Made by a program: the position numbers and the translations under genes
Shown here: piece by piece, positions 37,461 through 50,470 of the stretch
How the letters are laid out: each line of letters starts with the position of its first letter
Position numbering within the stretch: position 1 is the first letter of the stretch
Notes under the pieces: generated by a model
The model's input: only the letters and a program-made list of their open reading frames with translations
Told to the model about the DNA's origin: nothing
Database searches by the model: none
From: Anthoceros angustus
Lineage: Eukaryota > Plantae > Anthocerotophyta
Direction of reading: 5' to 3'
DNA length: 64,000 nucleotides
NCBI GenBank assembly: GCA_010909165.1
Contig: MU008167.1
Location: 310,001-374,000, forward strand

Positions 37461-37739
37461 CAAATCGTCTGAACGTCTCACGCGTGTCACCCTTTCAGGA
37501 AGGAGAGTTGCTCAACGTGCCGAGCTCTACTGCCGTGAAGACCCTAAAAATCGACAACCTGGGCACCCCCTGAAAAAAACCGAAGAAGAAAACTCTGTCC
37601 GGGTGAGGAATATGGAATACCGAGATTGTCACCTGTCATACCAAGGGTTTTTAGCAAGGGTTACATAAAGAAGTATTCCGCCGTATGCGGCGGGAAAACT
37701 TTCATACGGCAGAAAAACTTCCAAATCATGGCTCCAGAG

Positions 37740-38445
37740 CGGGACGGCGAGCGGAGCGCAGCAGGGCGACGGCGAGTTTTCAAAGCTCGGGGGGTTAGGA
37801 ACCACATTGGCTTAGTTGATAAGGACGACCGGACAGCGTGGGAGGCTCAAGTGCGGCTGGTTTTTTCTTCTATCGCGGCTTCCCCCAGCTCCAAGCCCAA
37901 ATTCTCACTCTAGACCCCCTTCGAGGTCCTGGCAATGGCTTCACAGACAAGCTGATCACCTTTTGGCTCTCTACAAGACCCGTTTTTCACTTCGTCTATT
38001 TCGGCGCCTCCTGAGGCGCCTTCAAGATGATGTTCGTCTGACTTATCGGCTCCCTTTGAAGCGTCTCGCGCAAGATCCCCAGGACGAGGCTGCTTGGACA
38101 TTGTTTCTTTTCCTCCCCATGTGGTGTCTTTGGAGCTCCCGCTGCAGTTTTTCAGGCCACCGAGAGGTCACCTCCTATCTCCACCGTTTATGCGGTGGGG
38201 ATTGGGAAGCTCTACAAGAAGAGTGTGGGCGCGCAACAAGATCTCGGCTACTCCGCTAAGCTAGATGGTGTTTGTCCAGACCCAGGGAGGGCGCGTCTTA
38301 TGCAGTGTCTTTTGCTTGGTTGCACTAGGGAGTATGCCTGGGCTGATCGGGCTCTCCGACCGGAGCCAGCGGCGCTAGCTTCAGAGGGGACTATTAGTGC
38401 CCTTCATGCCCTCCATCCGACGTCGAGCCATTTCGCTAGACATTA
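37740..38445 (+). mobile_element. 5' fragment of a CRE-like non-LTR retrotransposon
   Basis: FKARGVRNHIGLVDKD (degenerate C2H2 region), AAWTLFLFLPMWCL...RL.GGDWEAL, LGCTREYAWADRALRPEPAALASEGTISALHALHP (cf. GExSRAxxAL...TLxxLxxLHP upstream of CRE-type RT). Truncated before the RT. Confidence 0.6.
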
Positions 38446-38559
38446 AGGACTACTTTGCCGAGGAGCCTTTTTGTTTAGATAGGGCCATCTTCGGTCGGTT
38501 ACGACGCGGTGTTAAATAACTCCTTGGACCATGGTCATTCCGATTGCATTGCGAACAAT

Positions 38560-40090
38560 GGTCCTTGGCTCGCGAAAAAGTCTTCAACACTTTCCGACCG
38601 CATATGCATACACCATCCTTGGACCATGGTCATTATGAACGCACTTACCAACAACATCCATGGCCCATGGGCATCCAATAACAGTTGCCAAATTCGTCCT
38701 TGGATCACGAAATAGCGTACAAATCTGCCCGGCTATATATGTGAAGCAGGGGGACATGCCATCTTCGAAAAAAATGTGACGGGTGTGCGCCCGAAAAAGA
38801 CGGCATGACAAGGGCTGAATTCAGCTGGCAAACTCAAGGACACGCATACCTGACAAAGAAGCTAAAAAAGAAAACCGGTTCCGGACGTGGTAATTGGCCT
38901 TGTGGCATGACATGTTGCATGCGAGCCATGACGTCCGAAACACCAGACAACATCCTTGACCCATGGGCATCCAATCACAGTTGCCAAATTCGTCCTTGGG
39001 TCACGAAATAGTGTACAAAAAAGCCGGGCTATATATGTGAAGCATGGGGACATGGCAGCTGAGAACAAAAAGGTGATGGGTGTGCGCACGGCAAAGACGG
39101 CGTGGCAACTGTTGGAGCCAGGTGGCAAGCTCTATGACTCGCACACCTGACATAGAAGGTAAAAACCACCGGTTCACGGCGTGTTGTTTGTCCTTGTGTG
39201 TGTCATATGTGTCACGAGCCATGGCGTCCGAAACACCGAACAACATCCTTGACCCATGGGCATCCAATATGATTGCCAAATTCGTCCTTGGGTCACGAAA
39301 TAGTATACAAATCGCGGCTATATATGTAGGCGAGGACATGCCATCTTGAAAAAATGTGACGGTGTGCTTGAAAAGACTGACATGACAAGGGCTGAATTCA
39401 GCTGGCAAACTCAAGGACACGCATACGACAAAGAAGCTAAAAGAAAACCGGTTCGGACGTAGTAGTGGCCTTGTGGCATGACATGTTGCATGCGAGCCAT
39501 GGCGTCCGAAACACCGGAACAACATCCTTGACCCATGGGCATCCAATATGATTGCCAAATTCGTCCTTGGGTCACGAAATAGTGTACAAAAAAGCCGGGC
39601 TATATATGTGAAGCATGGGGACATGGCAGCTGAGAACAAAAAGGTGATGGGTGTGCGCACGGCAAAGACGGCGTGGCAACTGTTGGAGCCAGGTGGCAAG
39701 CTCTATGACTCGCACACCTGACATAGAAGGTAAAAACCACCGGTTCCTGACGTGTTGTTTGTCCTTGTGTCATGGCCTGTTGTGTGCGGGCCATCACGTC
39801 CGAAAGACCAAACAACATCCTTAGCCCATGGGCATCCGAATCACAGTTACCAAAATTGTCCTTGGGTCACGAAATAGTATACAAATCTGCCAGGCTATAT
39901 ATGTGAAGCAGGGGGACATGCCATCTGCGAACAAAAAGGTATTGGGGAAACATCATGGATGTGAGCGAGGTCCTTGCCCCATGGTCATCCCATTGCAATC
40001 ATCAAAAACGTCCTTGGGTCACAAAACATTTGGGAAAACCGGCCCCCTATATATGTCAAGCATCGGGGCATGCCATCATTGAACACATGG
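38560..40090. repeat. Approx. 290-bp tandem repeat with alternating A/B variants
   Basis: Core caacatccttgacccatgggcatccaat...gccaaattcgtccttgggtcacgaaatag at approx. 38650, 38950, 39240, 39520, 39815. Units alternate between a gctgaattcagctggcaaac type and a gttggagccaggtggcaagc type. Confidence 0.85.
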
Positions 40091-40106
40091 GTATTCGGGA
40101 GAAACG

Positions 40107-41402
40107 ATGGAGGTGCGCGTGCGGGAAACATGGCATGGTATGGCAAGGACCCAGATGGCATGTCGTTTCGATCACGCCCCCCGTTTCGACCTGCCTGACG
40201 TAGACGTGACCAATGAGAGGGCCCTCCACACCGGAGGAGAGGACGCAATTGCCCGAGGTACAGATAAGGAGGACCGCAGTGGGCATTTGGAAGACGATTG
40301 TGGAGTTGCCGACGAGAAGGACCATGTGGGTGGCGGGAGAGGGAACCTGGCTGTCCTAGAAGAGCTTAGGTTTGATGGCCATCGGAAACTGCGAAGGAAT
40401 GGCCAGGAGAGTCATTCTGAAGGGCAGCAAACTGCTGCCTTTGGGGTTGAAATTGCTCCATGGGAGCAGGAGGAAGAGGAGGGAGGCCAAGAAACCTCTA
40501 CTCAGGAGGTAGAGAGGCACAGACTCGACGACGACACCACCGGCAGCGAGGATGGTGAAACCGGGAGGGAGGAGGTGGAAGTGGATATGGCTGATGAAGA
40601 GGTGGAGGAGGACATACCTACGACATTGACAGTAAGGGAGATAGGGGAACTAACAGAAAAGTTGGCCGGTAAGCCACTAGACGACATCATTGCCGTTTTA
40701 TGCAGGCTGCATGGTCGTGGGGGAGTTTACATGGCTGTGAGCCGGCTATGCGATGGAGGGTGGGTGGAGCATGAAGATGAAGAGGAAGAGCCCAGCGACA
40801 AGGACGGTCGGGTGAGAAAGGCCTTTCAATAGCGCGTGTTGGAGCTAGTGTGCGCGAAGATGCAGTTGATGGTGTTTGAGACGAGCCACGACGAGTGTTT
40901 GAGAGAGAGACTGGTGAGAAAGGTAGAGTATGAGTTCCCTGGTATAGATCGGGAGGATATTGTGGCAAGGTTTGCAGGGGCTTCCCGGACAAGGAACCAC
41001 AACGTGGGGAAGAAGGTGCGGCAAGCTGCCATTATCTGGAAGGAGAAGGGGAAGGATGCGAAATGGTTGCATCCTCCAAACATCAGCACCAAGGCATGGA
41101 AACGAGTTGTTGAGCAAGTTGTGGTCACGTTGCAGAAGCACGGTGGTGTGTGGCCAACCCCACAACAAGCGGTGGCAACGTCGGCTCGACTTGCCAAGCA
41201 CGAGCATGGGACCAATCCCTTTGGTCCCATGGGAGCAAAAGAGTTTGAGAGAAGGTATGTCCAACGGTGGGGAGGGAGCGCAATAGTAGAAGAGTTGAAA
41301 TGGGCTGCCAAACATGGATTGGAGAGCATGCCGAGCTACTGGAGTGGTATGTCGATAGATCGGGACGTCGGTGGAATGGCTAGCTGTGCTGAAAGAATGT
41401 GA
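40107..41402 (+). mobile_element. En/Spm (CACTA) TnpA/Ptta-like ORF remnant with acidic N-terminal part
   Basis: Acidic ORF 40107-40832 followed in frame by 40836-41402: PPNISTKAWKRVV...TSARLAKHEHGTNPFGPMGAKEF resembles the P-x-I-x4-W...N/S-x2-R-x-K...G-x2-G pattern of plant Ptta/En/Spm proteins. Confidence 0.5.
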
Positions 41403-41679
41403 GCCATGGGGACATGAAGATCGTGAACGGTAACTGCTGTGTGTGCATGGCTGCAGGTCAGAGGGATAAGGAAAGGTGTGTGGAAGGCGAAGAGCACGGA
41501 ATGATAGAAGAAAAAACAGCATGTGCCGAGGGGGAAGGGGGAGGGAAGGTGTGAACGAGAGGGGCGTCACCCTCAGATGATGCTGGAGGCAGTGGGGATG
41601 GTGTCCAAGGTGGAGGTCTGAGTGCATTGCCACCCACAAGACGAATCACGAGATCTGTGTCCAAAAGTGTGAGTACGGT

Positions 41680-44600
41680 CACTACTAGGAAAAGGATACT
41701 TTTACAACGGAAATTACAACGGGCATTACAACGCCTTTACTAAGTCTGTAGTAAAAACCCCCGTAGTAAACACACCTTAGTAATATCCATAGTAAAAGTA
41801 TATACGCATATCGAGGGCTATATTATGTATTGAATACGGTATTGTCCAACCCATACGGTGTATGGAGGTGGTCCGTACCGTTAAACTTTACAACGGAACC
41901 CCTTTACGGACATTACTACGGTACACTTACAACGCATTTTACAACTTCAATAACCATGGTTAATATACTAGAGTTAATCTGTTGACCGCTTTATTAAGCG
42001 GGGTTAAATCGGATTCGATTACCACAAACTAGTTGGCGTTAGTTAACCATGATTAACCTAAGCGAATGGCGTTGTAATCGTGCGTAACTTCATGAGCCAC
42101 TGTTGTAATAAGTATGTACCTTTAGCGGACCTTGTTGTAAATGGACCACAGTGTCTGAGTTCGTTTAAAAGTAACTTTTCATTTTGAAACCCGTTGTAAA
42201 AGGCTCTCGTTGTAAAGTTTGGGAGTAGAGATAGGGGTCCGTTGTAAAGCGAATGCGTTGCAATGAAGCAAGTTTGTTGTAAAATCTACAGTGCATTGTA
42301 AAAACTCCACTACGCTATCTTGGCAAAGCCTACTACACCATGCATCCTACAATCGGTAGTTGATTAGTTTGTCACGGCCTCCATTTGACAACCGCCAACC
42401 CTCTTTCACAAACATACAAGCATGAACAAAGCCCACATAACGAGATGAACTTCAACAATTACGGTTGAAGATTACATGAAATTACAGTGGAAGTGCAAGC
42501 TCTATTGTCGACGAACTATGGTGAGGCTTTCTTAGCCTTTTCATCTGTCAGGAAGAAGATGTTCCACCATGAAACCTTCATCCGGACCCTCTTCTTGATT
42601 GCCTCCATTACATTCATCACACTGCACTCTCATATCCCGCTTCATGCAATAGATTCCGACATTCACGCCTTATCGACTTTCCCTTGAATCCACTTGAGGA
42701 CCCAAGGATGGAATTGTGGTTTTAGTCTCCTTCAATGCGCTCTCGACTTGTTCAACCAATTTCCATGCCTAGATCCCACCTTGATCTCCTCTAAAGTTGC
42801 TTGCCTATCAAACTTGGCTCGAACTGTCCATGAATTGCTTTTGACCTCCAACCCAAAGCAAGAATATGGCTTACCAATGACGTTTTCCCCTACGCTGCAG
42901 CAATCTTTTGTTGATGGGTGCAACAACACCATCCGACTTATCTTTCTCTGTTTGAGAGAACATCCCAATGCTCCTTCTTCAAGCTCTTGGGCACATACTT
43001 ATCGCACCCTTTCTTCCCATGTAAGAAGTGCCTAGCCTCCTTTCTCAAGTTATTCTTCCAATGCCTCGGGCGGGTGCCACTAAGCGAGCTACAATACAAT
43101 GAAAGCTCCATGGGCTGAAATTGTTTGGCGTAAGGTGCTTTCAATAAGAAGCACTTGACGAGTGTGCCCAAAAATCGAGACGGTGGGTTGCACATGTCGG
43201 ATTGTGTAGTGCACCCTATCCTTGGAAACCACGAAGGCGAGTCACGTAGTATGTAACCGCACATTCAAAACACATAGACAATTGTGATTTAGAACATTCT
43301 GCAACATAACCTCATGATGAATCCAGCCTCAACCCAAAATTAAATGACCATGGAGTTACAAGCCTACTTTTGCGAGTGTAACTCCGGGCACAATGTCGAG
43401 CACAGTCGAACTCAGAGCCTCAATTATCGAGCCGGGCAAGCCCGCACTGTGCACAGTTCTGAACTGATAAGCCCGGCTGTAATGTGCACAGAAACCAACA
43501 CTGTGTCATGTCGCTGATATCGCTAAAGCAACCATGCATGGATCCTCCCCTCGCAAAGCAACCATGCTCCCCTCAAAGCAACCATGCTCCCCTGACCATT
43601 TTCCTCACAGACGAATACTTACGCTTTCATGCATATGAGGCAATGAGAACCTCATCTTTGGATGTCGAAATTCCTCTTCCGCTTTTGGTGCACGCCGCTT
43701 GTTGCCTCGAAGTCAACGTCCATACATGTCATAGGGATTTCGCCATGTACCCCCATGAGCATCCCCGATGCTCATGATGGGGTTGATTGACCCGGTTGTG
43801 TGGCGACCCGATTGTATTGTTCGCATCATCCGCATCGGCGGCAAGGGTGTCCTAGAAGCAAATGAATCCACTTCGGATCACAGCCTTCCCATTTTCCCGC
43901 CTCGCGGCATCTTCCAAAATATCGGCTATCTCACGATCCTGGAGGCTATCACAAACCACCACGTCGAATCGTGCCACTCCTTCATCTTTGTCGAGCTCAC
44001 CTTGAATTGGATTAGTTAGAATTGGCCGTGTATTCGGCTTGCGAAGGCACCTTCAACCATAGTTCTTTGGTCCCTTTTCACGGCAATGGTGTCGGTCACG
44101 AATCACACCCTACCCGGCCGATGAACTCCGCCAACCTCCTCTTCGCCGGCCTTCTCAACGGCCTCCTCAACGGCATCCTTGGTTAAGGTCGCCTCCTCTT
44201 CGTCCTTCCTTGCCTCGAGGTCGGCACTTGCGGGCGGGGATTCGGAGCCACATGGCATACACCCATGTCGGCATGTGGGCCTTCCCACTCTTGGACAATC
44301 AAGCGGATGTCCGAGGTCACCATGCAAACTTGATCGTGCAAACCCCTGTTGTGGCACATTTCCCATAATTTGTGAGGCCCGGTTGTGTTGGAAGGACATC
44401 TTCATCGAGGTAAGGCGCGCACTGGACCTTGTGGAACTTGTCCTCCTCATCTTCGTCGTCGCCCTCTTGGACCTCTGACTCCTGAACATGGGCTGAAGCC
44501 AAAACCCCGTCAACCCCAATGCCTCGGGCATTTGGGCGATCTGATTCTGAGCCCTTGAGACTCTTAGTTAAACTCCCCTCCATCGTGCTTCAGTCCTACT

Positions 44601-47321
44601 CTCCGACCTCGCGTTGGCCTCCCCAAGCCATCTGCGCCAGCACCTGAACTTGGTAGCCGCTTGCCTTGCCATTTGTCACCCTTAACTCGGCCACGCGCTT
44701 AGCTCCCACGATCACCCCTTGCTACCTCTTGCTGATGTCTTCCAAGCATGTTCGCTCATCCTCGTCACCATTGGCGTCTTCTTCCTGCTGCGTCCTCAAC
44801 TTCTTCACCGCACCCACTTACCTTTTAGGTGTTGAGGCCCTAAGATCGGCGACATCGCCAAGTTCTTGTTTTTCACAACCATCTGGGTCCGGCGTCGCAG
44901 TTCCTTCCAGTGTGGCCTCGGGCATCCCGGCCGCCGTTGCCAATCGCCTTGTCTCGATGTCCGCCTCGGCATGACATTCTATCTTCACGGCTTTTGGCAT
45001 GCACCCATTCTTTGGTTGTGAAAAGCAGCTCTATGTGACGCGAAAACAACAACACAAACACATGAATGAAAAGCCCACGGAGAAAGAACAACGCCCTCAT
45101 CGACATACCTTGACCCTAAACTTGCCTTTACCACACTTGTCCGTCTTCTTCTACACTGCGCTCCTCGAGTGCGGGATGGACGTGGTATATCCACGACCAC
45201 AAGAGGCGGTGTGCGGACGCGTTCATAGATGTCTCGGTACTCTCTCCCTTGGTCACGATTACCGCAAAAGCAGAGATGACGTGCGGGGCCCTTTCGGTGC
45301 TTTTCGACATCTTGGCGAAGACATGTATTTCCAGCGCATTCTCTCGAAGAAGAACACTTCTCCTCCGATGTCTCGTGTGAGCGGGCTATTTTTCGAGGTT
45401 AATTTACATGCGCATTATTCACGCATTTATAGCCCGCACATTGAGCTTGGTATTTGAATATTTAACCTAGTAGTTACAGGCCAGCGGTTTGAAACCCAAG
45501 GATAAGTTGAAACGCTATGCTTGTGGGTTTTCCCCATGTCCTTGGGTTTTGGGGTTTGATTTATAATATTGGCCATGATTTCATTTAAGGTTCGTGACCC
45601 TTTGGGCTATAAATGCTGGAAATGGGTTTTCCCCATTGTCCTTGGGTTTTGTAGGTTAAACTCCAATGATTTGAGTAGTCCTTGGGTTTTGGAAAAATGG
45701 TTTAGTGTTAACACTTTGGGTTTAGGAACATGGTTTACGGTTCCTTGGGTTCGGGACATGAGTTAGCTTTTCTCTAGTTTCGGACCATGGTTTAGGGTTC
45801 CTTGGGTCTTGGGAACAGTGCGATCAAATACATATCATCTCGGTCAAATACATATCCTCTTGGTCATAAACTTTGGCAGGTACTTGGCCATGACCACGAA
45901 GTTGATGTTGAGTTTTTCGACTAGTCATTTTGAACTTGGCTTCCGGACCATGTCTTTACGGCATGCCCGAATGTACTCGAGGTCCAAGACACTGGCGGCC
46001 TCTCATTTGCCCTAGTCGGCAACAAAAGGGTGCATTGCCTTCAAGCCACTTCACTGTTGAGTTCATTCATTCTGATCTGGAGATCGTGTGCACTGCTGCG
46101 ATTGAGGTGCGCACGCAGCCATGAGTTTTTCCAGTCGGTTGTGTGCCGATTTGTAGTGTTGTAGAGGTAGTGTTATAGATCTCGCGCGCGCTTTGGGGAA
46201 AGTTGCATGCTGAGAACTCGTTTTACGGTTGTTGTGCGTGTGCGCTTCGTTTATGCGGCCTCAATTCTCATTTCTGATCAGTGGGTTCCACCAGGTTTTT
46301 GTTGCTGTCTTGCAGCTCTGGTTGTGGAAGACGGGAAGCAGCCAAGCTAGCGCTATGGCTTTCAACACTGGTCATGGGAGCGCAATTTTTGAGGACGACC
46401 AGAAAGAGCTCGCTGCTCTTATCGACAAGCCCGGCTCCCTTTCTCACCAATATCTGGCGTCGATGCGTGGTGCACAAGCACGTTGACAAGCTAGGCGTGT
46501 GCAGGAGGTGCAGAGGTTTGCCAATCGGACGGATGTTAGGAAATGGGCGGTGCACAGGCTGAGGATTTTCACGGCTACCACCTCCTTGTGGCCGAATTGG
46601 AGAAGGTGGTTGGCATTGAGAACACCGGAATTGAGCGTGTGGTGGGTGAGGGAGAGGATGCACGCGACGGACTGGCAGCGTCGCATCCGTCAGATTCTCG
46701 AGTGAGATCGTCGCCATCCGTTTTGTTGTGCTAATTCGGTGTTGATGTTGTGTTTGTTTTGGTGACCGACCCATAGTTTTGGGTGAGCACGTCTCTCAAT
46801 AAAGCGCCACCTTTTCATTCGAGTTCTGAACCCTTCCTCAAACCCTATACCATATGCACATGAATGCTCACATACCTTTGATCCTCATTGTAAACCGCGT
46901 GTTGTTGTAAGGTATGTATGTGCGTTGTAAAAGCCCGTTGTAAAACTTGACAATGCGTTGTAAACCACTTCCCATTGTAAGTAGACCATGGGCGTTGTAA
47001 AGAAAATCGTTGTAAGCAGGCGTGATGGTATTTACTACGTGCGTTGTTGTAAAAGACATTCATTGTTGTAAAGTCATTGATCGGATCTATCGTGTTGCAA
47101 CCGGAAGAGCCCTCGTAGTAAAGTAGCTTTCGTTATGCCACGTCATCGAATAGCGGTGGCTAAATACACCCGTAGTAAAACACTAGAGCTCCTGTAGTAA
47201 CACGAATGGCTATACAAGAAAATAATCCATAAACCATGAAGCCCGTTGTAAATCGACTTGAGCACGAAATCTCCCTGTTCTAAAAACAGCCTATAGTAAA
47301 AGGCCCGTTTTCCTAGTAGTG
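41680..47321 (-). mobile_element. CACTA (En/Spm) DNA transposon, 5642 bp, probably non-autonomous
   Basis: Perfect 14-bp TIR CACTACTAGGAAAA (41680) / TTTTCCTAGTAGTG (ends 47321), 3-bp TSD GGT on both sides, and many subterminal CCGT(T/A)GTAAA repeats at both ends. Internal degenerate minus-strand TnpA-like pieces (WKNNLRKE...PKSLKKEHWDVL, about 42950-43100). No TnpD catalytic domain recognised. Confidence 0.93.
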
Positions 47322-49940
47322 GGTGGAAATGGCGGCGAGGAGGAATTGGTCGGCTCCTTTTTCCTAATGTTCCTTCTTGCCTAGTGATTTTGCAGCCTAT
47401 GGGGCAAGGAGTGCGAGAACTGGCGTGGGCGAGTAGCTCAAATGCCGGTGCACAAAAGGTGGAGCGGAGCGGGAGAAAACGGGCAGGCGGTGCCAGGCCA
47501 AAAGGGGCAGGCAAAAGACGGCGGATGTTGAAGATGCGGAGAGGTCAGTCAGACTGTCAGAAGTAGGCTGCGCCGCACGGTGTAGTAAGTGCCACTCCAT
47601 GACACCTTGGTATGCACAGAATATTTTGCTTTGGATCTTTGGTAGATTTTGATGCTTGCACATCTTCCATCTTCGTAGAGTGTGGGAAAAGCAATCAGAA
47701 ACAACCACCAGCGCATCCAAGGGACATCCGATATCACTTGTAGCGAAACGTGGGTTGTGGAGAAGTCTTGTGACATAATAGTACCTTCCATACGCTTGAT
47801 TTTGCGCGCCGAGAATGGGTGATGGTCGATCCAGAAGAAGAGATGGTCATCCCATATTTCTAGACTGGCGATTACAGTGTCCTTCGCTAAGTATAGCAAG
47901 TTGTGGAATGAGCTTTTAAAACAATGGCATAGGTTTCGGCAAGCCGCACATGTTCGTATACGAAGCGAAAGGTAGCTTTGAGAAATACGCACAAATGGAT
48001 GGAACGTTGGAAGAAACGCAATGCGCATGTGCATTGTTTGGTGAAATATGTGACGAGGTATATATTAATATATGAGGTTTGTACTTATAACTATGTTATG
48101 GTTAGATACCTATAATTCTATACCTAGTTGTAAAGAGTATGTATCCATTATTATTTAAAGACCGGAGCCATGATGCTGTGTTGACGAGAACTAGGGGTTG
48201 AAACCCTCGGTAGAATATGAGTCGTACGTTGGCCAGATAAATTGAAGATCCAGAAGGCATAGAACCTTTTGAGGATAAAGTGAAGATCGGCAAAGTATGG
48301 TACATTGTGGATGAGTGAGATGCGTCGCCATCCCGCTTTGTTGTGCTAATCGGTGTTGATGTTGTGTTTGTTTGGTGACCGACCCATAGTTTTGGGTGAG
48401 CACGTCTCTCAATAAAGCGCCACCTTTTCATTCGAGTTCCCGAACCCTTCCCTCAAACCCTATACCATATGCACATGAATGCTCACATACCTTTGATCCT
48501 CATTGTAAACCGCGTGTTGTTGTAAGGTATGTATGTCTGCGTAAAAGCCCGTTGTAAAACTTGACAATGCGTAAACCACTTCCCATTGTAAGTAGACCAT
48601 GGGCCGTTGTAAAAGAAAATCGTTGTAAACAGACGTGATGGTATTTACTACGTGCGTTGTTGTAAACAGCACATTCATTGTTGTAAAGTCATTGATCGGA
48701 TCTATGCGTGTTGCAACCAGAAGAGCCCTCGTAGTAAAGTAGCTTTCGTTATGCCACGTCATCAGAATAGCCAGTGGCTAAATACACCCCGTAGTAAAAC
48801 ACTAGAGCTCCTGTAGTAACACGAATGGCTATACAAGAAAATAATCCATAAACCATGAAGCCCCGTTGTAAATCGACTTGAGCCTGAAATCTCCCCTGTT
48901 CTAAAAAACAGCCTATAGTAAAAGGCCCGTTTTCCTAGTAGTGGGTGGAAATGGCGGCAGGGAGGAATTGAATTCGGCTCCTTTTTCCTAATGTTCCTTC
49001 TTGCCTAGTGATTTTGCAGCCTATGGGGCAAGGAGTGCAGGGCCTGAGCGTGGAGGCGAGTAGCTCAAATGCCGGTGCACAAAAGGTGGAGCGGAGCGGG
49101 AGAAAACGGGCAGGCGGTGCCAGGCCAAAAGGGGCAGGCAAAAGACGGCGGATGTTGAAGATGCAGGAGGAGTCAGAGTCGGACGACGTCGAAGAGCTGT
49201 AGCTGTTGCCGCCACGGTGTAGTAAGTGCCACTCCATGACACGGTATGCCTGGAGATATTTTTGCTTTGGATGCTGGTAGATTTTGATGCCGGTACCTGT
49301 CTTCCATCTTCGTAGAGTGTGGGAAAAGCAAATCTAAACAACCACCAGGCGAGCGCATCCAAGGGACATCCTGATATCCGCCAGCGCAGGAAACGTGGGT
49401 TGTGGAGGGGAGGCCGATGCATGAATAGTACCTTCCATACGCTTGCTGCTGAGAATGGGTGATGGTCGACCAAGAAGGAGATGGTCATCCCATATTTCTA
49501 GACTGGCGATTACAGTGTCCTTCGCTAAGTATAGCAAGTTGTGGAATGAGCTTTTAAAACAATGGCATAGGTTGACAGAAGTACATGTTGACATAGGCGA
49601 AAGGTAGCTTTGAGAAATACGCACAAATGGATGGAACGTTGGAAGAAACTCAATGCGCATGTGCAGTGTTTGGTGAAATATGTGACGAGGTATATATTAA
49701 TATATGAGGTTTGTACTTATAACTATGTTATGGTTAGATACCTATAATTCTATACCTAGTTGTAAAGAGTATGTATCCATTATTATTTAAAGACCGGAGC
49801 CATGATCTTTGTGTTGGCGAGAACTAGGGGTTGAAACCCTCGGTAGAATATGAGTCGTACGTTGGCCAGATAAATTGAAGATCCAGAAGGCATAGAACCT
49901 TTTGAGGATAAAGTGAAGATCGGCAAAGTATGGTACATTG
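46700..49940. repeat. Adjacent indel-rich duplication, period about 1613 bp, duplicating the CACTA right end and its flank
   Basis: gagtgaga at 46700 and 48313. A second TIR plus GGT flank ends at 48943. Differences are mostly 1-5 nt indels. Confidence 0.9.
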
Positions 49941-50161
49941 TGGATGAGTGAAGATTGACAAGGCATGGTACATCTTGGGTGACCTGCAGATCTTAAGATA
50001 TATGGAATGAGCCAATGATTGGGAAGATATTTCCACATTCGAATCGAGGTGAAGATAAGGGATGTTATCAATTACAAGCTCATTATATTGGAGCTTTGAG
50101 TGCAGTGCTACTGTGATTACATGTCGAGGAGTTAATCTTATATATATTGGCTACTTGAAAT

Positions 50162-50470
50162 GTTAGGCCCTAGATGTTACGGCTGAGTGTTATGCCAGAG
50201 GTGTTGAGGTTGAATTCTAGGCCCTAGATGTTGCGGCTGAGTGTTATGCCCTAGGTGTGTTGCGGTTGAATTCTAGGCCCTAGATGTTGTAGTGTTACCC
50301 TAGGTGTTGCGGTGATGCGCCTAGATGTTGCGATTGAGTGTTATGCCCTAGATGTTGCGGTTGAGTGTTATGCCCTAGGTGTTGCGGTGCTAGGCCCTAG
50401 ATGTTGCGGTTGAGTGTTATGCCTAGGTGTTGCTATGCCCTAGATATTTTGCGGTTGATGTTATGCCCTG
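50162..50470. repeat. Minisatellite of approx. 27-33-bp units (gccctagatgttgcggttgagtgttat variants)
   Basis: About 10 degenerate units visible directly in the sequence. Confidence 0.85.

Larger units (their letters stand above)
16754..37556. repeat. Diverged segmental duplication: copy 1 approx. 16754-27890, copy 2 approx. 30007-37556 (PPR-CLC-Y14)
   Basis: Homology starts at gtgctagc(c)caaacttc in both copies and ends after accctaa(g/a)aatcga. Same gene order and orientation, many substitutions, several large indels. Confidence 0.95.

Noticed and set aside
49021-49488. Helitron Rep-like motif AFPTLYEDG on the minus strand
   Set aside because: A single short motif with no HUH or helicase motifs, and no Helitron termini seen.
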